DNA of 64,000 nucleotides from an uncultured archaeon (GTDB taxonomy: Archaea; Asgardarchaeota; Thorarchaeia; Thorarchaeales; Thorarchaeaceae): contig CAZLEV010000005.1 in the NCBI GenBank assembly GCA_964558645.1, forward strand, positions 175,321-239,320, in the 5' to 3' direction. Positions 1 to 8,019 of the stretch are shown here, in pieces; position 1 is the first letter of the stretch; each line of letters starts with the position of its first letter. The translations under genes were made by a program, and so were the position numbers. The notes under the pieces are model-generated. The model had not been told where the DNA came from, searched no databases, and worked only from the letters and a program-made list of their open reading frames with translations.

Positions 1-3000
1 CGGATGCCTGGATATGAGCGATAGTCCTTAGCAGCCAACCGACCGGCAGCGCTCTCTGCGGGAGTACGCGTCACACCAAAGTGCAGCCCGGTCTCCTCTC
101 GATACTCATCAGCCCGCTTCTTGAGATGCTTGAGCACCTTGATGCCGAAGCGTGTGCCGTCTCGCTCGTGGAGATGCTGACCGGTCTGAATCAGAGCCAT
201 CTCTTCAAAGCCCACTGTTCCCAGCAGGAATTCTCTGGTGGACATGTTAATCAAGGGGTCACCGTTGGGCTTTGGTTGCGTGTAGAACGGAACGCTGCCG
301 CTTGCGATGAGCTTGTCCATGAGGCGTTTCTTCTCCAGAATGACCTCCTTTGACAGTTCGAGGTACTCATCGACCTTCTCAAAGAAGCGGTCCTCGTCGG
401 AGCGACCGATATAGGCGGCCCTCCCGAAGTTGGGAGTGACCATCTGCGAAGCACCGAAGACCATGTTGCCTGAGAGGAACTCCTCCATCTCCTCGTCGGT
501 GCTAGCGGTCCAGAGGTGAGAGCAACAGCTGCTGCAGCCTGCCTCTATCTTAGAGCGCCAGTTCAAGTAGTTCTCGAAATAGGGACTACCATGAAGCGCC
601 GTGAGCTCGGCGACCTTTCTCCATGACTCGTCATAATCGTTCTTCATGAACTCTTTTCTGAGCACTATGTTGGGCTTCGGGAAGCTGAAGGCCTTACCCT
701 TATGGTCACCCTTTATCATGACCTCCATGAAGGCATCAAAGAACTGATTGGCCTCGTCCTCGAAATCACCATAGGTGTCACGGCCCGTCTTCCCACCTGG
801 AAGCACTGCCTCCACATCTCGCATGATCTTTGGAATACCGGGTGTCAGGTCCACACTTGAGAAAATGACCTGGCCGCCCCGGGCGACGTATTGCTGCGTG
901 AGTGTGAATATCAGCTGCTGAGCGGCCTGCTTGATCTCCTTGTACGACTTGCCCGCCATGAAGGGCGCGAGGAATGTGTTGAAGAAGAAATACCCTTGGC
1001 CGCCGGAATTGTGCAGAATTATCCCGCCGTGTCCGCCTATGAAGTTCTCATAATCATCAACGGACAAGTCATAGACTTGACCCTCGAAGCTCTCTCGTTC
1101 GATGACTTCGACTATGTCAAAAGCCACATCCCCACTAGTAAGATGCCGTAACGACTCAATCTCGTCTGAGTAATCAACGGCAGTGTCTGAGAATTCGATT
1201 AACTGGTCAAGGACAGCACCAAAGAGATGAGGGGCCATATGCTGCTTCTGGAATATTGCATTGATTCTTGGTATTTTGCTATGTGTATGTGGCACTCCCA
1301 TCTTGCTGATGAGTTCTCGCACGTTCGTTTTCTCAATTGGAATCGCATCGGGAAGCGAGGTTGTTGTTAGCTTTCGAGTCTTGTATTCGAAGTCCTCAGT
1401 GGTAATATCGGGAATGTGTGCTGCAAACCGTCGTATGTTCTCCCGGCCATAAATAGAAGTGCGATAACCAACACTCTTCCGTATCGTACGATTACCGATC
1501 TTGTGGCTTGATGATCTATGGGTCCTCTGCCTGGCAATGATACCCAGCTGGAGAAGGAGATAGAGCAAATCGGTGCTTAGCCCTTCTGTAACTGAAGTGA
1601 ACTCGATGCTTCTTCTGTGTATATGACCATCGCAGAAGTATCCATTCAAGAACTCCCACTTAATCTCGGCAGAACCGGATAGCACTACGGGCGGAATCCT
1701 CTTGTCTTTAGCATTCCGACCTGTTCTGAGAATCTCTGTCATGATAAGAGCGACTAATTTGTTGCAGATAACAAGCTGAATCTCGGTCTCATGGGGGCGT
1801 TGTACATTGATATCAGCACCCCATACACATCGGATGCATTTCTTCGCATCTTCAATTCGGTGTTTCTCATGAACGCCAAAGCTGAGCACTATTGCATTTG
1901 GCTCCTTGTGGCGGTCAAGACCGATATTTCCCTCCGCAGCGAAATATCCTAAGAACCGGGACAATTCACGACTAATGTCAATCTCGGCAGGCAATTCGTA
2001 AGATGATCGTGATAGACTTAACAGAGAACCTGAGAAGTCAATATCGCGATTGTGATCTCGAACCTTCAATAGTGAAACGCTGTTGCGTCTTCTTTCCCAT
2101 TCCTCCAGCTCACTCAACTGATCGGCAATACCCTTGACATACACAGAAGAGATCTTGTCTTCGCCAAGCTCAAGAAGGGCATGGGCTATATCAAGAGTAT
2201 TGGGACCATCGCCATTAGGGAGCACACGGGGTACTGCAATCAAGTCGCCTTCCTTCAAGTTGATCACTGCGATGGGTTTGACCTTTCCATTCTCAAGCGT
2301 GAATAGACTGTGTGAACCTGTACACCGGATTTCGCGTCCAGTACGAGTACGTATTCTGTATACATCGTCTGATATCGGATGACGAATGACCCTGTTGATC
2401 TCCTTTCGTTCAATTATCATTGTTTCAGGGTTGAAAGCATAAGTATAGAGACCGTCCCCTGTGATATCAGCAACCTCGCCATTCACCTGCGGAATCCGTT
2501 TGCATGGTTTCTGTTCCATTATCCTGTCCACAAGAGGGCCGATGGGGATAAGTCGAGTCCCTTGCTCGTCCGATAATAGGACTTCTTGTTCAGGAGTAAC
2601 TGAGAAAGAGCTCTGTGCTGCTGCAAGCCAGATTGCTGAGTGATTGATGGCCACCGGAAGATGTTGCGCGGGCCCGGCTGCTGATGAGTGCATCCCACCG
2701 AGACCGTCCGGTGCGATGCCTAGCTTGAAGATCTGTCGCAGGTCCCAGGTGGCACAGTAGTCACGGGTCGAGAAGTATTCGCGGTCCTTGATGTAGATGT
2801 CACCGCTCAGGTGGGCATCGGCAAGGTGCGGCGGAATGGTGAGGAAGGTGTGCTGTTCCATGACCTCGTCGTGAACCAGTTTGGCTATGGTCTCGGGGTT
2901 CCGCATGAGGTTAGCGTTCGATGTGTGATGAGCTGGGTTGTTGATCAGCTTATCTAGATCGTACATGGGAACTCCAACGCGAGTATAAGAGATTCGCTCC

Positions 3001-3254
3001 CGTTCGAAACCCATCTCCGCAAGAACACTGTTGCACATCTCTCGGATGAGCGGTCCTGACAGAAACTTGATACCTGAGGCGGCAATCCTGTCCATGACTC
3101 TTACTGCAACCAGTTGGGCATCGCCCCGACTAAGACTTGCCTCCTCAATCAGACTATCGATGATACGCTGCGCGTCAAATGGTTCCATGGTGCCCTTGGT
3201 CGATCGGACCTTGGGCAGCTTCTTCTCGCGCTTTCTCACTTCTTCACTACTCAC
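1..3254 (-). CDS. nrdD: Anaerobic (class III) ribonucleoside-triphosphate reductase with N-terminal ATP-cone, intein-containing; 3' end lies beyond the window
   Basis: Manual translation of the minus strand: MSSEEVRKREKKLPKVRSTKGTMEPFDAQRIIDSL (ATP cone), AHLSGDIYIKD, AQSSF|SGGQG, RGGQVIFSS, FSFPKP, finger loop GCSSCCSH, TPAESAAGRLA. Not in the ORF track because the stop codon is outside the window. Start is GTG 3254 or TTG 3257. Confidence 0.95.
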   Translation of the reverse strand, partial: MSSEEVRKREKKLPKVRSTKGTMEPFDAQRIIDSLIEEASLSRGDAQLVAVRVMDRIAASGIKFLSGPLIREMCNSVLAEMGFERERISYTRVGVPMYDLDKLINNPAHHTSNANLMRNPETIAKLVHDEVMEQHTFLTIPPHLADAHLSGDIYIKDREYFSTRDYCATWDLRQIFKLGIAPDGLGGMHSSAAGPAQHLPVAINHSAIWLAAAQSSFSVTPEQEVLLSDEQGTRLIPIGPLVDRIMEQKPCKRIPQVNGEVADITGDGLYTYAFNPETMIIERKEINRVIRHPISDDVYRIRTRTGREIRCTGSHSLFTLENGKVKPIAVINLKEGDLIAVPRVLPNGDGPNTLDIAHALLELGEDKISSVYVKGIADQLSELEEWERRRNSVSLLKVRDHNRDIDFSGSLLSLSRSSYELPAEIDISRELSRFLGYFAAEGNIGLDRHKEPNAIVLSFGVHEKHRIEDAKKCIRCVWGADINVQRPHETEIQLVICNKLVALIMTEILRTGRNAKDKRIPPVVLSGSAEIKWEFLNGYFCDGHIHRRSIEFTSVTEGLSTDLLYLLLQLGIIARQRTHRSSSHKIGNRTIRKSVGYRTSIYGRENIRRFAAHIPDITTEDFEYKTRKLTTTSLPDAIPIEKTNVRELISKMGVPHTHSKIPRINAIFQKQHMAPHLFGAVLDQLIEFSDTAVDYSDEIESLRHLTSGDVAFDIVEVIERESFEGQVYDLSVDDYENFIGGHGGIILHNSGGQGYFFFNTFLAPFMAGKSYKEIKQAAQQLIFTLTQQYVARGGQVIFSSVDLTPGIPKIMRDVEAVLPGGKTGRDTYGDFEDEANQFFDAFMEVMIKGDHKGKAFSFPKPNIVLRKEFMKNDYDESWRKVAELTALHGSPYFENYLNWRSKIEAGCSSCCSHLWTASTDEEMEEFLSGNMVFGASQMVTPNFGRAAYIGRSDEDRFFEKVDEYLELSKEVILEKKRLMDKLIASGSVPFYTQPKPNGDPLINMSTREFLLGTVGFEEMALIQTGQHLHERDGTRFGIKVLKHLKKRADEYREETGLHFGVTRTPAESAAGRLAAKDYRSYPGI
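1008..2603 (-). mobile_element. Intein (532 aa) with LAGLIDADG homing endonuclease, inside nrdD
   Basis: In-frame 1596-nt insert. It begins with Ser (SVTPEQEVLL) and ends VYDLSVDDYENFIGGHGGIILHN, followed by a +1 Ser (SGGQG). Endonuclease blocks FLGYFAAEGNI and FLNGYFCDGHI are present. Removing it restores the NrdD motif QSSFSGGQ. Confidence 0.95.
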
Positions 3255-3281
3255 CAATGAGCTTCTGATATCCGTCAATCT

Positions 3282-3560
3282 TCACTGCACCTCTAGTGCG
3301 TCCCGGATTCCGTCGAGAGTTGGTATCTCTCCGCTGTAGAGCATCTGGAGGGATCCGTTGTTCTCAACTATTATACTGGGGGTTGAAGCAATGAAGACCT
3401 GTTCCTCGAGCAGTCTGAACTCGAAGTCAGAATCCATCTCTGCGAGGTCAATCTCCGTTATCTGCACACCGGTTCCATCCAAGGCCTCATACACAACCTG
3501 TTTTGCGGCGGGGCAATTCACACAGTTCTGTTGTGTGACAAGGTATAGAGTCGGTGGCAT
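3282..3560 (-). CDS. NrdH/glutaredoxin-like thioredoxin-fold protein
   Basis: CVNCP active site and STP cis-Pro motif; immediately upstream of nrdD. The ATG at 3560 follows GGGAGG and is preferred over the longer ORF to 3719. Confidence 0.85.
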   Translation of the reverse strand: MPPTLYLVTQQNCVNCPAAKQVVYEALDGTGVQITEIDLAEMDSDFEFRLLEEQVFIASTPSIIVENNGSLQMLYSGEIPTLDGIRDALEVQ

Positions 3561-3961
3561 GTTTTTCCTCCCGGCGACTGTCTCAGCACCCTCTCCCAGT
3601 TGAGGGGACATTGAGGCCTTTGCCGCCAGTGGCATAAAAGGATTTACCTCCACTGAGAGATTCTCTGGATGGGACAGACGGCCTCGAGAGCGGGATTCAT
3701 TCGGGGGGCGCTTGGACACACCCCTATTTCCTTTGACCGACTATTAAGGTCGTACATATTGTCAACTTGACCTTGAATAGAGGGCTCACAGACTGCACCT
3801 CCGAGCATCCCATCGGACCGAAGTTGAACGAGCAGGTCATGATTCTCCAACTCGGAACCGCGCCAAAGAGTGAACCATAGTTAAACGAGGGAAGAGTGAT
3901 AAGACGATATTCTCGTTCAATGGTCCAAGAAACCTCAACGCATTGACAGGGAGCAGAAGCA

Positions 3962-4585
3962 ATGGCCACCTATCTCAGAGCACGGACACCAGTGGACGGA
4001 TGGAAGAGAGTCATCCGGAAGATTATGGGCTTCGGCATGACAAGAACAGACGAACGCGGAATGAGGACGAGATGGCTTGACAATGTCATGGTGCATATTG
4101 TCGAACCCTACAAGGACAGAGTCACTGACTTGTATCCCTTCAGTGAGAAGGTTCTCAAGGAGAAATACGCCACCCAACTGCTGAGTCCCGATCGTCTGGA
4201 TTTTGAGTATACGTATGGTGAACGACTCAACGCTTGGGGTGACGAGGAGATAGACCAGATCGAATACGTTGTACGCAAGCTGAAGGAGAACTTTCATAGC
4301 CGAAGGGCGGTGGCCACAACCTGGGACCCACGAGTCGACTCAAATCATGACGAAGTCCCATGTCTGAACCATTTTGTGTTCATGGAGCGGGATGGGCTCC
4401 TAGACCTTTCAGTGATGATCAGATCCAACGATATGTATGGGGCATGGCCTGCCAATGTGTATGCCATAGGCGAGCTTCTCAGAGATGTCGGAGGAAAGAC
4501 AGGTCTCAGACCCGGGCATCTCACAACGGTATCTGTAAATGCGCACATCTACGAACATGACTGGAGCAGAGCTGCGCAGCTCTAA
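3962..4585 (+). CDS. thyA: Archaeal-type thymidylate synthase
   Basis: YTYGERL, SRRAVATTW, catalytic VPC, RSND, and NAHIYE motifs. Confidence 0.9.
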   Translation: MATYLRARTPVDGWKRVIRKIMGFGMTRTDERGMRTRWLDNVMVHIVEPYKDRVTDLYPFSEKVLKEKYATQLLSPDRLDFEYTYGERLNAWGDEEIDQIEYVVRKLKENFHSRRAVATTWDPRVDSNHDEVPCLNHFVFMERDGLLDLSVMIRSNDMYGAWPANVYAIGELLRDVGGKTGLRPGHLTTVSVNAHIYEHDWSRAAQL

Positions 4586-4679
4586 CCAAACATAAGGCGT
4601 GCTATTCATATAGTGCTTTAACTAACCTGTCACAAAAGGTTACCATATGTAATCTGGAAAACACCCACTCTGTGGGGGG

Positions 4680-5303
4680 TTGGCTCAGGTGGACAACATA
4701 GACAAAGAAATCATTTCGATTCTGTACAGAGATGGTCGAACTACGCTATCAGACATGGGCGACCAGCTGGGCATGTCACATGTGGCTGTGAGCAAGAGAT
4801 TGGACAGTCTCGTGAAAGAGGGGCTACTGCAGGTCACAGCCGCCGTGAGTGCCGAGAGGATGGACATGAAGATGCTGTTCATGGGAATCGAGACCGAAAA
4901 CATGGATGTAGCGGATAGGATAACCGAGAAGTACGAGGACTGTCCACGTCTTCTGATGCTTGCGCCGGTGACAGGGCGATACAACTTGTTTGCGGTGATG
5001 CTTGCAGAAGATACATGGAGCCTTGAGTCAATCATCGGAACCTGTAGCATGCGGACGGAACCAGGGGTGAGAAGATCTGAGACTTGGTTCGGAAACGCGC
5101 CGCTCGTCCCCGAGTATCTGCCGGTAGACCTCGCGCCGGAAAGAGAAGACAGCACTATCTCGCCCTGTGGAAGAAACTGTCTGAAGTGCCGCCGATATGA
5201 GAACGAGAAGTGTATAGGCTGCCCACCAACAGACTCCTACAAAGGCCTGCTCTGGGTCTCTCCGAAGACAAAACCGAAGCGGTCACGAAAAGGCAAGAGT
5301 TAA
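4680..5303 (+). CDS. Lrp/AsnC-family transcriptional regulator with a C-terminal Cys-rich domain
   Basis: [14 protein letters not shown]...VSKRL HTH, RAM domain (VTGRYNL), and C-terminal CGRNCLKC...CIGC. Confidence 0.85.
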   Translation: MAQVDNIDKEIISILYRDGRTTLSDMGDQLGMSHVAVSKRLDSLVKEGLLQVTAAVSAERMDMKMLFMGIETENMDVADRITEKYEDCPRLLMLAPVTGRYNLFAVMLAEDTWSLESIIGTCSMRTEPGVRRSETWFGNAPLVPEYLPVDLAPEREDSTISPCGRNCLKCRRYENEKCIGCPPTDSYKGLLWVSPKTKPKRSRKGKS

Positions 5304-5338
5304 TTTCTGTCACTGCCCGCCACACCCATGTGAACGAG

Positions 5339-5929
5339 ATGAGTGGTCCATTCATACATGACTTGGCTGTTGTAGACGAAGGAGCTCAGATCGGCAACGG
5401 GACACGTGTTTGGCATTTCGCGCATGTCAGAGGGTCCGCAAGAATCGGCAGGGATTGCATCATTGGAAAGGATGTCTATGTGGACGCAGATGTGGTCATC
5501 GGCGACCGGGTGAAGATTCAGAATGGGGTCTCCGTGTACCATGGAGTAACAATTGAAGATGATGTGTTCTGTGGACCACACATGACCTTTACCAATGATA
5601 TGTATCCCCGAGCCTTCAGTGAGACTTGGAGCGTCGTAAAGACTCTTGTGAAGAGAGGTGCCTCAATTGGAGCCCACGCAACAATTGTCTGCGACACGAC
5701 CTTGGGAGAATACTGCATGGTAGGAAGCGGCGCCGTGGTGACAAGAGACGTGCCAGATCACGGACTGGTCATTGGCAATCCAGCACGTCTAATAGGATTC
5801 GTGTGTACCTGTGGTCAACCTCTGAAGAAGGAAATCGAGCGGGATGACAAGACAGTAACGTTCGAATGCGGTGGATGCGGAGAAACAATCATCATCCCTA
5901 GGGAAGACTTCAAGCATAAGGTAAGGTAA
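5339..5929 (+). CDS. Hexapeptide-repeat N-acetyltransferase (WbpD/WlbB-like) with a C-terminal Zn-ribbon
   Basis: [40 protein letters not shown]...CGGCG. The ATG at 5339 is preferred. Confidence 0.88.
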   Translation: MSGPFIHDLAVVDEGAQIGNGTRVWHFAHVRGSARIGRDCIIGKDVYVDADVVIGDRVKIQNGVSVYHGVTIEDDVFCGPHMTFTNDMYPRAFSETWSVVKTLVKRGASIGAHATIVCDTTLGEYCMVGSGAVVTRDVPDHGLVIGNPARLIGFVCTCGQPLKKEIERDDKTVTFECGGCGETIIIPREDFKHKVR

Positions 5930-5935
5930 TAGCCC

Positions 5936-8017
5936 GTGTCACATGTTTACAAGAGATTCGTCCAAGAGAAGATAGCAGGTCTAATCGGCAATACGGAGAA
6001 CATCAGAAACTGCACAGTCATTGCTCACATTGATCACGGTAAGACAACTCTCACTGATTCCTTGATTGCGGCATCGGGACTCCTATCAGATCGCGTGGCT
6101 GCCAGAGCCAGGCTTCTTGACTACGACATGATAGAACAAGAGAGAGGCATCACTATCAAGGCATCTGGCATCTCGCTTCTTCACAAGCGAGGGGAGAGGA
6201 AACATCTCATCCACCTTATTGACACCCCGGGCCACATAGACTTCTCCAGTCATGTCACCAGAGGGCTCCGGCTTACTGATGGAGCCATTGTTGTCGTGGA
6301 TGTTATCGAAGGTATCATGGTGCAGACTGAAACGGTGACGCGTCAGGCCATGCAGGAACTGGTCAGACCCCTGCTCTTCATCAACAAGATCGATAGACTG
6401 GTCAATGAGAAGAAACTTGATGCAAAGAAGATTGCATCTGAGATCAGCAAGGTGACACGCGAGTTCAATGGAATGCTCGGGAAGTATCTTGACGACGAGT
6501 GGCTGGAAGAATGGGAGGTATCATTCAACAAGAACTCTCTTGTAATCGGTTCAGCCCTCGACAAATGGGGAATTTCGCTCTCTACACTTCTCACTAAGAC
6601 AGATGGAAGCAAGAACGAGACCCGTCTTGCGGAGGCCTTTCTTCACGTACTCAGCGAAGTCGTTGATTGCTACAAGAACAACGACGAGGAGTCCCTCCAC
6701 GATAAGTACCCTGTAGCCCCGGTGCTTCTTGATTCTCTTGTTGAGGTCATTCCAAACCCACCATCAGCTCAAAGGTACCGGATGGAGAGAATCTGGGAGG
6801 GGGACGTCGGTTCAGAAGCCGCAAGACCTTTTGTCGAGTGTGACCCGAAGGGCCCAACCGTGATTCTCGTGGGCAATGTTGAACCCGACCGACACGCCGG
6901 GACTGTTGCATCTGTACGCATATTCTCGGGTCAGCTTGAGAGAGCTGCACCCCTTAGAAACCTCAGATCAGATACGGTGAGCAAATCACTCCAGATTGGA
7001 ATCTCAATGGTGAAGTCAAGAGTAGCCCTGCCATCGATTCCAGCTGGCAATCTTGCCTTTGTCACGGGAATGAGAAACATCGCAATTGGAGATACGTTGG
7101 TGACGAGCGATACGGACATGGACACCCCCATGAAGGGGCTTCAATATCCAACAGAGCCAGTCGTTACCTACACCGTTGAACCACAACTACTAAGAGAGCT
7201 TGCTGAGGTTCAGGAGGAAATCGCAGAATTCGCTGAGGCCGATCCCGCATTGGACTTCTATGTGAATCCCGAGACTGGAGAGATGTTGCTCTCTGGTGCT
7301 GGAGAACTTCACATCGAGATTACGGTGGAGAAGCTCGCAAGACAGGGAATACGAGTCAGGCTTGGAGAGCCAATAGTACTGCTGAAGGAACAGATGGCCA
7401 AGGACGGGGCGAGCAGCTCAGCAGGAACTGAGGAAGCAAGCAGCTTCACTGTCCGTGCAGTAATCACTCGCGAGGACGAGTCAGTGAGAGAGCTTGGTAC
7501 GGTGATTGCATCGCACCTGTCCTCCTCATGCTATTTGATTGACCAGACTGGGAAGGTCGGGCCATACGATGACGAGACTGAATGGATACGAGAGGCATTT
7601 AATGCTGTAAGGAGAAGTGGGCCAGTTGCAGGAGAGCGTATGCGGAAAGTCACGCTGTTGATAGAGAAGGCAAGCATCAAGATGGAGTCACCCGAAACCT
7701 CTTGGAGAGACATAACTCAACCGCTCGTCAAGGCCTCTCGTCAGAGCATCAAGTCTGGCGAACCCAGAGTACTCGAACCTTGGATTCGCCTTGAAATCAG
7801 TGCACCGGAAGACTACGTGGGCGCCACAACCTCTATTCTTGCGAGAAGAAAGGGAAACATCATTGCAATCGATTCCGAGAAGATGCTGTACCATATCGAG
7901 GCAGAGATTCCTGTTCGCGAGTCCTTTGGTCTGGCCAACGAACTCCGAACATCGACGTCAGGTTGGGTCACGTGGGGAGCAAGACCCGGCGAATACAGAG
8001 AGATGCGATCTCCATAG
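5936..8017 (+). CDS. Divergent elongation factor 2 paralog (translational GTPase)
   Basis: AHIDHGKTT, ERGITI, DTPGH, NKID, GAGELHIEI, and a domain V motif (ESFGLANELRTSTSG). The diphthamide loop is replaced by MESPETSWRD. Confidence 0.9.
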   Translation: MSHVYKRFVQEKIAGLIGNTENIRNCTVIAHIDHGKTTLTDSLIAASGLLSDRVAARARLLDYDMIEQERGITIKASGISLLHKRGERKHLIHLIDTPGHIDFSSHVTRGLRLTDGAIVVVDVIEGIMVQTETVTRQAMQELVRPLLFINKIDRLVNEKKLDAKKIASEISKVTREFNGMLGKYLDDEWLEEWEVSFNKNSLVIGSALDKWGISLSTLLTKTDGSKNETRLAEAFLHVLSEVVDCYKNNDEESLHDKYPVAPVLLDSLVEVIPNPPSAQRYRMERIWEGDVGSEAARPFVECDPKGPTVILVGNVEPDRHAGTVASVRIFSGQLERAAPLRNLRSDTVSKSLQIGISMVKSRVALPSIPAGNLAFVTGMRNIAIGDTLVTSDTDMDTPMKGLQYPTEPVVTYTVEPQLLRELAEVQEEIAEFAEADPALDFYVNPETGEMLLSGAGELHIEITVEKLARQGIRVRLGEPIVLLKEQMAKDGASSSAGTEEASSFTVRAVITREDESVRELGTVIASHLSSSCYLIDQTGKVGPYDDETEWIREAFNAVRRSGPVAGERMRKVTLLIEKASIKMESPETSWRDITQPLVKASRQSIKSGEPRVLEPWIRLEISAPEDYVGATTSILARRKGNIIAIDSEKMLYHIEAEIPVRESFGLANELRTSTSGWVTWGARPGEYREMRSP

Positions 8018-8019
8018 TT

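Noticed and set aside
81-3339. Short plus-strand ORFs in the ORF track
   Set aside because: They are antisense shadows of the minus-strand nrdD/intein reading frame.
3561-3719. N-terminal extension of the 145-aa redoxin ORF
   Set aside because: It shows no domain similarity; a better ATG with a GGAGG site lies at 3560, and the region looks like structured RNA.
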